The notes beneath the pieces are model-generated. The model did not search any database and was not told the DNA's origin. It saw only the letters and a program-made list of their open reading frames with translations. A stretch of 64,000 nt of DNA from a virus. Its lineage: Duplodnaviria; Caudoviricetes. Numbering within the stretch: the stretch's first letter is position 1; each line of letters begins with the position of its first letter. Of the stretch, positions 8,586 to 18,429 are shown one piece after another. The position numbers and the translations under genes were made by a program. Location: positions 32,001-96,000 of the IMG/VR virus record IMGVR_UViG_3300013121_000018. One strand, given 5' to 3'.

Positions 8586-8954
8586 ATGAAAAGAATTAAT
8601 ATTGAAACTGCTAAATTGACAAAAGAAATTGGGTATGATTTGGGTGCTTGTAATAAATACTATTATGATGGAATTATCAAATCATCCAAAATTCTATTAC
8701 AAGATATTAATAATTGTTATCCAGCACCATATCAAGCAGAATTACAAGAATGGTTAAGAAATAAACATGGTATAATAGTTTTAGTAGAATATTGTAAATT
8801 TTATGAAGTTCCTTGGTCAGCATGTATTCAAAAATTACAAGATGATTTTATTGAAGATTATCATAATTTTACAAATTACGAAGAAGCTCTAGAACAAGGA
8901 TTACAAGAAGCATTGAAATTAATTAAAAATGAACAATATGATGAAAATCCTTAG
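8586..8954 (+). CDS. hypothetical protein, paralog of 32123..32488
   Basis: AKLxKEIGYD..PAPxQ..W..YEEALExG pattern common in Bacteroidota phages. Confidence 0.7.
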   Translation: MKRINIETAKLTKEIGYDLGACNKYYYDGIIKSSKILLQDINNCYPAPYQAELQEWLRNKHGIIVLVEYCKFYEVPWSACIQKLQDDFIEDYHNFTNYEEALEQGLQEALKLIKNEQYDENP

Positions 8955-9066
8955 ATGGGTTCCTGTAATTGGAATATTTGTACCCATTAAGTATGCTGAT
9001 ATATATGATACTGTGTACCAGTATGTAATGGGTGCAATATTCTTGTGGTGGTTAAATGTGATTTGA
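8929..9066 (+). CDS. small membrane protein (45 aa, not in ORF track)
   Basis: MNNMMKILRWVPVIGIFV...FLWWLNVI*; its TGA overlaps the next ATG at 9066. Confidence 0.45.
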   Translation: MNNMMKILRWVPVIGIFVPIKYADIYDTVYQYVMGAIFLWWLNVI

Positions 9067-9098
9067 TGGAAAAAGAAGTATGGTTTTATGAAATTTAA
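9066..9098 (+). pseudogene. remnant 5' end of an ancestral polB gene
   Basis: Mini-ORF MEKEVWFYEI* aligns with the PolB N-terminus KKIYVYDLE; the GIY-YIG ATG lies inside its TAT-GA codons. Confidence 0.5.
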
Positions 9099-9789
9099 AG
9101 ACTTAAAAAGACACGCTCTCTTAGTAAATGGAATTTATAAAATAACTAATATTTTAAACAATAAATGTTATATTGGAAGCAGTGCTTCTAAGTATTATTT
9201 ATATAATAGATTATTAAATCATTTTAATAATCTAAGAAAAAATAAACATGTTAATTCTCATTTACAAAATGCATGGAATAAGTATGGAGAAGAGAATTTT
9301 ATTATTAGTATTTTAGAAACATGTTCTCCTGATAAATGTATTGAAAGAGAACAATATTATATTAATATTTTTTCTCCTGATTATAATATATGCCCTATTG
9401 CTAATAGTTCTTATGGAAGAACCTGCGATGAAAACACTAAAAGAAAAATATCTAATAAAAATAAAGAATGGTATGCTACTGAAGAGGGTATATTATTTAA
9501 ACAAAAATTATCGAAACTAAGAAAAAATTGTTCAAACTTAAAACACTCTGACGAATTTAAAAAAAGATTATCACTTTTATATAAAAATAGAATTGTTTCT
9601 GAAGAAACAAAAAATAAAATGAGAAAACCAAAAATATCATTAAGAAAATCTATTTTAGATTTAAATGATAATAACATCTATTCAAGTGAAGAATTATCTG
9701 AAAAATATAAAGTAAGTGTTAGTTATATAAGGTCTATTGCAAGACAAGAAAGAACTTCCTCTAAAATTAGAATAACATATGTACAATAA
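9088..9789 (+). CDS. free-standing GIY-YIG homing endonuclease with NUMOD3-like repeats
   Basis: GIYKITN..CYIGS, RL..H...L..NKH.N.HLQNAWNKYG, EREQYYI; HSDEFKKRLS and SEETKNKM motifs. Confidence 0.9.
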   Translation: MKFKDLKRHALLVNGIYKITNILNNKCYIGSSASKYYLYNRLLNHFNNLRKNKHVNSHLQNAWNKYGEENFIISILETCSPDKCIEREQYYINIFSPDYNICPIANSSYGRTCDENTKRKISNKNKEWYATEEGILFKQKLSKLRKNCSNLKHSDEFKKRLSLLYKNRIVSEETKNKMRKPKISLRKSILDLNDNNIYSSEELSEKYKVSVSYIRSIARQERTSSKIRITYVQ

Positions 9790-11683
9790 AAAAATATATG
9801 TTTATGACCTTGAATGTTACCCCCAGTTATTTTCTGCAACATTTTTACACAAGGATTCCGATGAAACAAGAGTGTTTTATATATTTAAAGAAGAAGATCA
9901 AAGAAAAGATTTATTTAATTTTCTTAATAATGAAGTAGAAGGTTTAATATCCTTTAATGGATTAAATTATGATTCTCAATTAATTGAATTTTTATATAGA
10001 AATCCTAACGCAACAACTTATGAATTAAGAAATTATTCAAATCAAATAGTAAATTCTGAAAATAGAAGAAATGATGTTCCTGAATATAAGTTACGAATTC
10101 CTCATTTAGACTTATACAAAATACATCATTTTGATAATAAAAATAGAAGAACCGGTTTAAAATGGATAGAATTTATGCTTGATTTGGAAAATATTGAAGA
10201 TTTACCTTCAGACGGAATCGGTGATAATTGGTTAGAACAGGTTCTTCATTACAATTTAAATGATGTTATAGCTACTAAAAAATTATTTGAAAATTCAAAG
10301 CAATTAATTAAGCTTCGTCAAGAGCTTTCTGAAATATACGGTATTAATTTAATAAATGCAAGTAATTCTAAAATAGGATCTGAATTGGCACTTCATTTAT
10401 ACTGTAATGCTACTGGAAAATATAAAAGAGATGTGAGATCAATGAGAACAGTACGAAATGAAGTAAATGTTAAAGATATTATATTTCCTTATATTAAATT
10501 TAAATCTAATGAATTTAATAATGTTCTTAACAAATTTAAAGATACTGTAGTAATAAATACTAAAGGAGATATTGAATTTTCAACAAAATATAAAGGTTTT
10601 CAATTTGATTACGGTGCGGGAGGTATACACGGTAGTTTAAATAATACAAAAATTGAAAGTGACGATTATTTTATAATAATCGACTGCGACGTAAGTAGCT
10701 TATATCCATCCATAGCTATAGTAAATAAACTTTTTCCAGAACATCTTGGAGAGGAGTTTTATAGTGTATATGAACGAGATATAGTTGCTATAAGACTTGC
10801 TGAAAAAGCAAAAAAAGAGAACGGTAATAAAGCTATTGTTGATGGTTTTAAAGAGGCTGCTAATAGCGTTTATGGTAAAAGTAATGATCAATATAGTTGG
10901 CTTCAGGACATGAAGTACACAATGGCAACTACAATTAACGGTCAGTTAATGTTATCTATGCTAGCGGAAATGTTAATGGAAATTGAAAATCTCCAAATGA
11001 TTCAAATTAATACTGACGGCCTTACTGTTAAATTACCAAGAAAATATGAAGACCAATATTATAACATATGTAAAGAATGGGAAAATATTACAAAACTTCA
11101 ACTTGAATATGTAGAATATTCTAAAATGGTTTTATTTGACGTAAATAATTATTTGGCAGTTTATAAAAATTTAAATAAAAAACCAAAATGTAAAGGCAGG
11201 TGTGAATTTGAGAACATTCCTTTACATAAGAACAAATCTCATTCAATAATAGCAAAATCGTTTCATGACTATTTTGTTCATAATATACCTGTTGAAGATA
11301 CAATTTTAAATCATAGAAATATTTTTGATTTCTGCGCTGGTGTAAAAGCTAAGAAATCAGAAAAACAGGGCAATTCTCATTATGAATTACATTCTATTGA
11401 AGGTACTGAAATAAAGAAAGAAAAACTTTCTAAAACTGTAAGGTATTATGTATCTAAAAAGGGCAAGTGGTTGTTTAAATGCTATGAAGACGGCTCTCAG
11501 GAACACGTAGAAGCTCCTACACAATTTGGTAGAGCATCTAAAGACTGGAAGGTAACTTATTTCAATAAGTCTTGGAAATGTGATAATTTTGAAGATTATG
11601 GTATTGATTATACATATTATATATACAATGCCAAGAAACAAATATCACAAATTCAAGATAAACAACAATTAAGCTTATTTTAA
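9779..11683 (+). CDS. polB: family B DNA polymerase (crAss-type) with 3'-5' exonuclease
   Basis: ExoI YDLE, ExoII FNGLNYD, ExoIII YNLND; polymerase motifs DVSSLYPS, KxxxNSVYGK, NTDG; C-terminal QLSLF. Confidence 0.95.
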   Translation: MYNKKIYVYDLECYPQLFSATFLHKDSDETRVFYIFKEEDQRKDLFNFLNNEVEGLISFNGLNYDSQLIEFLYRNPNATTYELRNYSNQIVNSENRRNDVPEYKLRIPHLDLYKIHHFDNKNRRTGLKWIEFMLDLENIEDLPSDGIGDNWLEQVLHYNLNDVIATKKLFENSKQLIKLRQELSEIYGINLINASNSKIGSELALHLYCNATGKYKRDVRSMRTVRNEVNVKDIIFPYIKFKSNEFNNVLNKFKDTVVINTKGDIEFSTKYKGFQFDYGAGGIHGSLNNTKIESDDYFIIIDCDVSSLYPSIAIVNKLFPEHLGEEFYSVYERDIVAIRLAEKAKKENGNKAIVDGFKEAANSVYGKSNDQYSWLQDMKYTMATTINGQLMLSMLAEMLMEIENLQMIQINTDGLTVKLPRKYEDQYYNICKEWENITKLQLEYVEYSKMVLFDVNNYLAVYKNLNKKPKCKGRCEFENIPLHKNKSHSIIAKSFHDYFVHNIPVEDTILNHRNIFDFCAGVKAKKSEKQGNSHYELHSIEGTEIKKEKLSKTVRYYVSKKGKWLFKCYEDGSQEHVEAPTQFGRASKDWKVTYFNKSWKCDNFEDYGIDYTYYIYNAKKQISQIQDKQQLSLF

Positions 11684-11684
11684 T

Positions 11685-11849
11685 ATGGATTGCTACAAAA
11701 TAATTTATGATGAAGAAACTTTGATTAATTTTATTAATTGGCTTCCTGATTTAAAAGACAATGAGATATTTTATTTAAGTTTATTTTGTAGAAAAAAATA
11801 TGCACCAACACATGTACCAAAGAAGTTTAACTTTAATTTTTCAATTTAG
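11685..11849 (+). CDS. 54-aa ORF, possibly truncated remnant of a longer phage gene
   Basis: MDCYKIIYDEETL..FINWLPDL..NEIFYLSLFCRKKY then low-complexity tail. Confidence 0.4.
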   Translation: MDCYKIIYDEETLINFINWLPDLKDNEIFYLSLFCRKKYAPTHVPKKFNFNFSI

Positions 11850-11853
11850 AATT

Positions 11854-12231
11854 ATGAAGACTTTTGTTCAAGTAATTGGTAAGAAGACAGCAACAACTAA
11901 AGCACAAGAAGTTGCATTGGGTTACATCATGGATTTGCAAACAGAAATTGCTGCAATTGAAGCTGCAAAGCCGTCTCTGGTAAAACAACAAGAGATGTAT
12001 GTTAGGAAAATGAAAATTGAAGCTGAACGTTGTTTTGAAGAATCTCTTGGTAATACAGAGAGGCCGAATTTGGATAAAATAATTGAAACTTATGCTACTT
12101 TGAAAGCAATTGAAGTTTCTGATAATCCATACACACAAAAAATTAAAGACGCTGAAGAACGGCTCGCAATATTGAAGGAAATACTTGCACTGTTTCCTGA
12201 AAATGTTGATAGTATCGTTGTAAGCGAATAA
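11854..12231 (+). CDS. coiled-coil hypothetical protein
   Basis: Start MKTFVQV at 11854; helical Ala/Glu/Lys-rich. Confidence 0.7.
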   Translation: MKTFVQVIGKKTATTKAQEVALGYIMDLQTEIAAIEAAKPSLVKQQEMYVRKMKIEAERCFEESLGNTERPNLDKIIETYATLKAIEVSDNPYTQKIKDAEERLAILKEILALFPENVDSIVVSE

Positions 12232-12237
12232 CAGTCA

Positions 12238-12300
12238 TTTTAAGACACTTTAATTGTTTTCTGGTATAATCTACTTGGAAATGATTAGAGTGTCTTAAAA
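12238..12300. repeat. long imperfect inverted repeat (hairpin A)
   Basis: ttttaagacactttaatt ... gattagagtgtcttaaaa. Confidence 0.75.
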
Positions 12301-12310
12301 CCTCTTAAAA

Positions 12311-12664
12311 ATGGGAAGTAGAAGAAGAAAAAAAGAAAAATGGAGTAAAAGAAAAGCAGCACTTCCAAAGATTATTGTAAAAAAAACATTTAAGTCTATT
12401 TCAGACGGTTCTCTTTTTTTGAATATAGAAATTTTAAGTAGAGGTGCTATTCTAGAAAATGGTAAAAAACAAAAAATTGGTATACTACATGCTATGACGA
12501 CTGCACCTGGTAGGTATATAATATCTGCAGTTAAAAGTGACCGTGATTTTTCTGCTGAAGAAGGAGAAGAATTGAGGTTTTTATACATCGATAAAAAGCT
12601 TGTAGAACAAGGCTATCCTACTAAGGAAAAAGACGAGTTTGAAAACAATCATCACTGTTGCTAA
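12311..12664 (+). CDS. basic hypothetical protein
   Basis: 117-aa ORF. Confidence 0.6.
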   Translation: MGSRRRKKEKWSKRKAALPKIIVKKTFKSISDGSLFLNIEILSRGAILENGKKQKIGILHAMTTAPGRYIISAVKSDRDFSAEEGEELRFLYIDKKLVEQGYPTKEKDEFENNHHCC

Positions 12665-12676
12665 AAAAGAATAAAT

Positions 12677-13651
12677 ATGGAGAATATGTTAATTCAAGGA
12701 GTTGCGTCTGATGACCACTTTTTTGATTTCGGGAAATATTTTTCTTTGAATCATAATTGTGTTGCCAGACATATAGCAACAAAAGATATGTACCATGTTG
12801 AGGATATGTTTGAAGAAATGAAATGTTGTTTAGAGGAATACAATCTCTATATTATAAGTGTTCAACATACAATACATAAACCAGAATGGTTTAAAGTAGA
12901 TGAAAAAAATATTTTTGTTTATAAAACCGCAGAAACTATGAGTTTCTTCTATGAACCAAAAAAAGAATATAGAGATTTCCTTTTTGATATTCTTTGCAGA
13001 CATAGAAGAAAACCTGCTGAAGAAGAAGCTTCGGTGAATTTATTAATGCCTTCTGCTGATGGAATGCAACTTCATAAGACTTTCTTTAAAGCAACCCCTT
13101 TAGAGCTTGATAAACACTATAATGATGATTTTGTTGAGGAATATGATAAGATTAGAAATCTTATCATTGAAAATGAATCTGGATTGGTGTTATGGCATGG
13201 TATGCCGGGTACTGGTAAAACTACAGCTTTAAAACATTTAATGTCTTTGAATCTTGGTAGAGAATTTATCTTTATTCCATCGGGATATGCTAAGACTTTA
13301 GGAGAACCTGGATTTAACAGTCTTTTAGCAAGAAATGAAGGAACTGTATTAATTATTGAAGATGCCGAAGCTTTATTGAAACAACAGGGTGACAGAAGCG
13401 CAGCAATGTCAAATCTTCTCAATATTACCGATGGTATTTTAAGAGAAGTGTTTAAATCATTGATAATCTGTACATTTAATACTGATTTGAAGAATATTGA
13501 TGAAGCTTTGTTGCGTGGCGGTCGTCTTCGCAGTCGGTATGAGTTTAAGAAACTTACTGCTGAAAAGACAGGTACAGAACCTCTTACATTATCCGAATTG
13601 ATATTTGGTAAAGAAGAGAAGAAAAATAAGGTTATTGGTTTTAAATCATAG
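12677..13651 (+). CDS. AAA+ ATPase
   Basis: Walker A GMPGTGKT, Walker B LIIEDAE, LLNITDG, TFN, ALLRGGRL second region of homology. Confidence 0.9.
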   Translation: MENMLIQGVASDDHFFDFGKYFSLNHNCVARHIATKDMYHVEDMFEEMKCCLEEYNLYIISVQHTIHKPEWFKVDEKNIFVYKTAETMSFFYEPKKEYRDFLFDILCRHRRKPAEEEASVNLLMPSADGMQLHKTFFKATPLELDKHYNDDFVEEYDKIRNLIIENESGLVLWHGMPGTGKTTALKHLMSLNLGREFIFIPSGYAKTLGEPGFNSLLARNEGTVLIIEDAEALLKQQGDRSAAMSNLLNITDGILREVFKSLIICTFNTDLKNIDEALLRGGRLRSRYEFKKLTAEKTGTEPLTLSELIFGKEEKKNKVIGFKS

Positions 13652-13656
13652 AAAAA

Positions 13657-13806
13657 ATGAAAACGGAACTGTGTAAACATTGCGGTAAAATTAGAACAGA
13701 AAATGATTACTGTAGTAAATGCGATCATAAAATTCCAGTGCTGCCGTTTATATTGTTTGCTATTGGATTTGTGATACTGTTTATGAAGGTATTAATCCTT
13801 AAATAA
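13657..13806 (+). CDS. zinc-ribbon protein with TM tail (49 aa, not in ORF track)
   Basis: CKHCG..YCSKC followed by a hydrophobic helix; TAATG overlap with next gene. Confidence 0.55.
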   Translation: MKTELCKHCGKIRTENDYCSKCDHKIPVLPFILFAIGFVILFMKVLILK

Positions 13807-14090
13807 TGAAAGTTCAACTTATTGAAACTTTAGCAGGAAAAGCAATTCTTGTTGATAACAGAGTTATAGTATTGTCTGAATTAGTAGAACTTACAAAGCC
13901 TAATCTTACAATTTCTACTACAAATTCCAACTGGTATGGAATTTATTATAAGCTGAAAGGCTCAAGTTATTATAGTTATTTATTCGACAAGCAATTTTAT
14001 AACAATGCCCAAAGTCAGGTTGAAGTCGATAAATACTTAAAAGACTTACTTAAGGTTTATGATGAAATAATTCAAAATTGGAAATTATGA
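13806..14090 (+). CDS. hypothetical phage protein
   Basis: 94-aa ORF. Confidence 0.6.
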   Translation: MKVQLIETLAGKAILVDNRVIVLSELVELTKPNLTISTTNSNWYGIYYKLKGSSYYSYLFDKQFYNNAQSQVEVDKYLKDLLKVYDEIIQNWKL

Positions 14091-14260
14091 CTTGGAAAAA
14101 ACTAATACAAGAAATACGGAGTAAATATCAAGAGGCACAAACTTTAACTGATATTGAAATTGTAGAAAAAACTCTTCCTATAGATTTTTCTAAAGTTACT
14201 TTAAAAGATAAAGCAATTGCTAATTTTGAAAAAAATATTATGAAAGATGAAACAACTTGA
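14078..14260 (+). CDS. hypothetical phage protein
   Basis: 60-aa ORF overlapping both neighbours. Confidence 0.5.
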   Translation: MEIMTWKKLIQEIRSKYQEAQTLTDIEIVEKTLPIDFSKVTLKDKAIANFEKNIMKDETT

Positions 14261-14672
14261 TTTGATTATTTTACATGGACCACCAGCATCAGGAAAATCT
14301 ACATATGCTAAAGAATGGCAACAAGAAGACCTTAATAATAGGGTTATTGTTTGCAGAGAAGACATCTGCAATATGTTAGGAGTACATCCTGGTGGTAAAA
14401 ATGAATTTGTAGATGACCTCGAAAAGACTATTGTAGAGCAATGTTTAATGTACAATAAGAATGTAATTATTGATTCTACAAGAAAGCTGTATTGGGAGGG
14501 TAATCTTGGAAGTCAAGAATTTGATCTTTGGCACTGGGAACAAAATGTAAAAATTAATTTCATCTACAAAGAATTTGGTGCAGATTTAAGTGTTGAAGAA
14601 CTTATTGAACGTGATAGAGCAAGAGGTTCTAAAACAGGAGAAGATGTTATTAAAAACTGGAGAAGAAAATGA
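14247..14672 (+). CDS. polynucleotide-kinase-like P-loop kinase (AAA_33)
   Basis: GPPASGKST, CREDI, VIIDST, ERDRARG lid. Confidence 0.8.
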   Translation: MKQLDLIILHGPPASGKSTYAKEWQQEDLNNRVIVCREDICNMLGVHPGGKNEFVDDLEKTIVEQCLMYNKNVIIDSTRKLYWEGNLGSQEFDLWHWEQNVKINFIYKEFGADLSVEELIERDRARGSKTGEDVIKNWRRK

Positions 14673-15283
14673 ATATAGAACAGCTTATTCAAAAAGCAGA
14701 ATTGGATATTAGATTTTATGCTGAAAGAGCAGAGCATCATACAAGATACAAGGGAGTTGTAAAAACTCGTTTGATGCAGCCAAACGGTTCTAGACCAGAT
14801 TATACATATGCTTTTTTATTCTCAAGCAGTGATAGTAACTGTGGTTTGATTTATTTAGACCATGTTACAAGTTTTGAAAGAGTGCTTCCTTACACATACG
14901 GGTCTTCTGTAGGAAAAGCGTTATATGCTATAGTATCAAAAATAAGTCCCGATGATAAAAGGAGAATGGAGCTTTCGCATAAATTCTTTTATTATTATCT
15001 TTATAACACATTGAAAGAGTTGAGAAAAGATTCTGAATATTTTAGAAAAAATTTATTATTTTGTCATGTTTCTATAGGCCGGAGGAAGCATGATTATGAA
15101 ATGACAGACTCTTATAAATTTTTTAGTCCTTTATTTGATTCATCGATGATTTCACCCATGAATAAGAATAGTGAAAACTATCAACTTCATGGTATTATTG
15201 ATTTTGAAAAAGTTGGCTTTATCCTAAGTCAACCTTTTAGTAAAGAACTAGAAGATTTGATAAATGCATATACTGATGCCTAA
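14669..15283 (+). CDS. hypothetical phage protein
   Basis: 204-aa ORF with ATGA overlap. Confidence 0.7.
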   Translation: MNIEQLIQKAELDIRFYAERAEHHTRYKGVVKTRLMQPNGSRPDYTYAFLFSSSDSNCGLIYLDHVTSFERVLPYTYGSSVGKALYAIVSKISPDDKRRMELSHKFFYYYLYNTLKELRKDSEYFRKNLLFCHVSIGRRKHDYEMTDSYKFFSPLFDSSMISPMNKNSENYQLHGIIDFEKVGFILSQPFSKELEDLINAYTDA

Positions 15284-15764
15284 GAAAAAGCTTAAAAATC
15301 CTGACAATTGTCAGGTACTTTTATACATTGTTGAAAATAATCTGTCTACACCGATACCAGAAATAGATCCTGAAGACTTGGATATGTTAATATTCATGAA
15401 AAAGATTGCTGTTGATTACAGTACAGGAACTTTGTATATACCTGAAAATAAAGAATTGAAAAGCTTTATTGAAGAGTATAGACAAATGTTTAATCAGAAA
15501 AATATTAACTATCCGGGAAAAATGGATAGCGCTAAGTCACATGTGGATAAATTTAAAAAATTCTTTAAGGAGAATGATACCACATATGACGAAGTATTAC
15601 AGGTTACAAGAGATTATATTGTGGAAAATATAAACAAACCACAGTATATCATGAAATCTAGTAATTTTGTATCTAAGTATGAAAATAAAATGTTTAAGTC
15701 GGAGTTGCAAGGAAGGCTTGAAAACAAAAAACAAACTACAGTAAACAACTTGTTTTTAGAATGA
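15276..15764 (+). CDS. replication-associated hypothetical protein
   Basis: Directly upstream of the helicase; function inferred from position only. Confidence 0.6.
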   Translation: MPKKKLKNPDNCQVLLYIVENNLSTPIPEIDPEDLDMLIFMKKIAVDYSTGTLYIPENKELKSFIEEYRQMFNQKNINYPGKMDSAKSHVDKFKKFFKENDTTYDEVLQVTRDYIVENINKPQYIMKSSNFVSKYENKMFKSELQGRLENKKQTTVNNLFLE

Positions 15765-15770
15765 TTGTAA

Positions 15771-17132
15771 ATGGATAAATTTAAAACGTTTTATGAATCT
15801 CTCGAAAGTCGTCAAAGACGCTTAAAAGAAGGGATTCCTACTTTAATCCCAATAAAGTTTCCAACACTGTCAAAGTATATTCCTGGTGTAATTCAGGATG
15901 ACCAGGTTATTGTTACAGCAGGACAAGGTGTGGGTGGATACAAAATGTAAGGTTTATAATATAAATTAATTTTTGCCCACAATAAATCGGATGAATTGCT
16001 GGAAAATCCTGAAGAGGACAATCAGCAGCCAAGTTAAAGTTTAAATGACTTTAAAAGGTTCAACGACTAGGTATTGAAACTAATTTACTTAGAATATAAT
16101 ATACCCAAGAGCGTCCGACATTCTAATGGAATGATGATATAGTCTGAACTGCATGTATAACTTGAAAAGAAGATGCAGAATTCAAGGATAAAGAACCTTG
16201 AAGATAACAAATTGAAAAGCCGTTTTGTACGAAAAGTTTTTGTGAAGGATATTATCGATTATGCAAATCAATCTGGATTAGAAGTACACATTATTCTCAA
16301 TTCTTTAGAAGAATCTGAAAATAAGGTTATTTCTACATTGGTTGCAAGTGACATTTATCGTAGATATGGTGTTCAGGTTAATTATTATGACCTGAATAAT
16401 TATTCTACAAAACCGATGTCATCTGAACAAATGAAAATGATTGCGGAATCGGAAGGTGCAATTGAAGACTACATGAAGTATGTTGATATTGTACACATAT
16501 CAAATCCTACTGGATTCTACAAGTATGTAATGGACTATTTGTATTCTACAGGTACATTTCTTTTGAAAGGACAACCTTTAAAGGAAAAGAAATATTACTC
16601 AACTGAATGGGATACTTATATTCCAGACAATCCAGCAAGAATTGTAGTTGCGATTTCAGATACAATGAATAAGTATCAACCGGAGAATGGTGACTTTTAT
16701 CGTACATTAAGGACATTTTCAGAGTTTTACAGCCGAAATCTTTTAGGATTAAGATGTGGAGTCATCTCCATAATAATCCAACAGCAGAAGGGCTCTAAAG
16801 AAGCCATAGATACTAATTTCAGAGGAGCAACTATCATTGAGAAGCTTAAACCAAGTATTGATGCTTTAGCAGACATAACCGGTAGTGCTCAAGATGCAAC
16901 TTTGATTTTAGGATTATTTTCTCCTCTAAAGTTTGGAGAATGTAACTATAATGGTTATCCTGATTTAACAAAGCTTAACGGTAAATTTCGAGTACTTTCT
17001 GTATTAAAAACTAGAGAAGGTGAATTGGAACAAAACAATGAAATTCCTTTATTTTGTCAATTAGCAATTGATGAATTTGAAGAATTACCATTACCAAAAG
17101 AAAGTGAACTTTTAAAAGCTTACTACAAATGA
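15771..17132 (+). CDS. DnaB-like replicative helicase, two exons (15771-15935, 16215-17132; 360 aa spliced)
   Basis: Splicing restores Walker A AGQGVG|KS; downstream NSLEE, ISDT, IIIQQ, QDATLILGLFSP and KTREG motifs. Confidence 0.88.
15936..16214 (+). mobile_element. group I intron (no ORF) in helicase Walker A
   Basis: 5' exon ends in U; P1 gtgggt/gcccac; P aattgctggaaa, Q aatcagcagcc, R gttcaacgactag, S gatatagtctga; terminal G. Confidence 0.92.
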
Positions 17133-17629
17133 TTTATGTTGATGCAAATAAGTATCCAGAAGTAAAACAAATTAAAACTGTTGAAGAATTTGTATACTGG
17201 TATTATGACAATCATAATCCAGCGACTTATCACAATGAAACTTGCAGATTTAATCAGCTACAATGTATGGCAGGATGCAATCGAAGTTTTGGAGATATGT
17301 TGGAGCTATGTGCTACATATTTTCCAGGAACAACTGAAGAAGATTTAGCATATATTTGGAAAGATTTGTGTATTAAAGGTAGGTTAAATACATTTTGCTG
17401 TCCTGATATTAACAGAATTGTGTCATATTTTGAATTCTTAGAAGAAGACGAATATACTCCAGAAGAAATTAAGAATTTTGATTGGCAAAGTGCTAATTGG
17501 AATTCTAGTATATTTGATTGTTATGGCTATGACAATTATTATGAGGATGATTACAGTATTGAAGCAATTAAAGAATTTGCAGAAATAAAACAAAAAAAGA
17601 AACAAAAAGAATTAGAAAAACAAAATTAA
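17129..17629 (+). CDS. hypothetical protein, RSFxD..C..YFP family copy 1
   Basis: Shares motif with 18430..18882 and 32543..32959. Confidence 0.7.
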   Translation: MIYVDANKYPEVKQIKTVEEFVYWYYDNHNPATYHNETCRFNQLQCMAGCNRSFGDMLELCATYFPGTTEEDLAYIWKDLCIKGRLNTFCCPDINRIVSYFEFLEEDEYTPEEIKNFDWQSANWNSSIFDCYGYDNYYEDDYSIEAIKEFAEIKQKKKQKELEKQN

Positions 17630-17633
17630 GTTT

Positions 17634-18425
17634 ATGATTAAGTTACCAGTAGCGCCAAGCGCACCCAAAACCAAAAACGCAAAAAGAATGTTGATTGCAT
17701 CTCAACCTAAAGTTGGGAAAACGAGTGCTGTAATGGCATTACCAAATTGTTTAGTAATAGACCTAGAATCTGGAGCAGACCAATATCCAGGAATGTCAAT
17801 TGATGTTAATGAAATTGCAAAGAAGATTTCTGCTGAAAATGATATTCCTTATTTGGAAGCTAAACTAGAAGCATATTTTAGTGTAGTAAATGAAATTAAA
17901 AATATGGATCATAAATATGACTATATTGCAATTGATAATACTACACGATTGGAAGATATGGCTTCTTATTATGCAACAATGTTGTATAAGAAAAGTACTA
18001 TCGGAAAGAATTTTAAAGGAGAAGACGTTGTAAGTGAATTACCTAGTGGTGGTGGTTATCTCTGGTTAAGAGAAGCTTTTGATAGGCTTGTTGATGCTGT
18101 TGATGGCTTGCCTAGAATTTGTAATATTTACATCGGTCACTTGAAGAAATCTTCTATTACTAAAAACGACCAAAGTATTACTGCTTTGGATTTGGAACTG
18201 TCCGGAAAAGGTAAAACTATTCTGACATCGTTAATGGATGCTAATGGTTTCCTTAGAAGGGAGAAGTCAACCAACAAGAATATTTTAAGCTTTAAAACAA
18301 GTGAAACGGACTTGCTTACTGGAGCAAGAACTATGCACTTAAGAGGTAATGAATTTCTACTTTCAGAATTAACAGATGATGGAAAATTCATTACTTATTG
18401 GGATAAAATTTTCTTAAAACAATAA
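17634..18425 (+). CDS. AAA_24 / Sak4-like ATPase (putative single-strand annealing recombinase)
   Basis: SQPKVGKT, IDLESG, IAIDN, YIGH motifs. Confidence 0.82.
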   Translation: MIKLPVAPSAPKTKNAKRMLIASQPKVGKTSAVMALPNCLVIDLESGADQYPGMSIDVNEIAKKISAENDIPYLEAKLEAYFSVVNEIKNMDHKYDYIAIDNTTRLEDMASYYATMLYKKSTIGKNFKGEDVVSELPSGGGYLWLREAFDRLVDAVDGLPRICNIYIGHLKKSSITKNDQSITALDLELSGKGKTILTSLMDANGFLRREKSTNKNILSFKTSETDLLTGARTMHLRGNEFLLSELTDDGKFITYWDKIFLKQ

Positions 18426-18429
18426 CAAA

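Noticed and set aside
9088-9789. GIY-YIG as part of a group I intron in polB
   Set aside because: No P/Q/R/S core elements and no space for a ribozyme; the ORF overlaps the polB start directly.
13117-13728. Long antisense ORFs, e.g. 203 aa opposite the AAA ATPase and many + strand ORFs over 40281-62217
   Set aside because: They are shadows of well-supported genes on the other strand and have no motifs.
16173-16214. ORF-track starts at 16173, 23731 and 47725 as independent genes
   Set aside because: They lie in intron sequence or inside exon 2; splicing restores the catalytic motifs.
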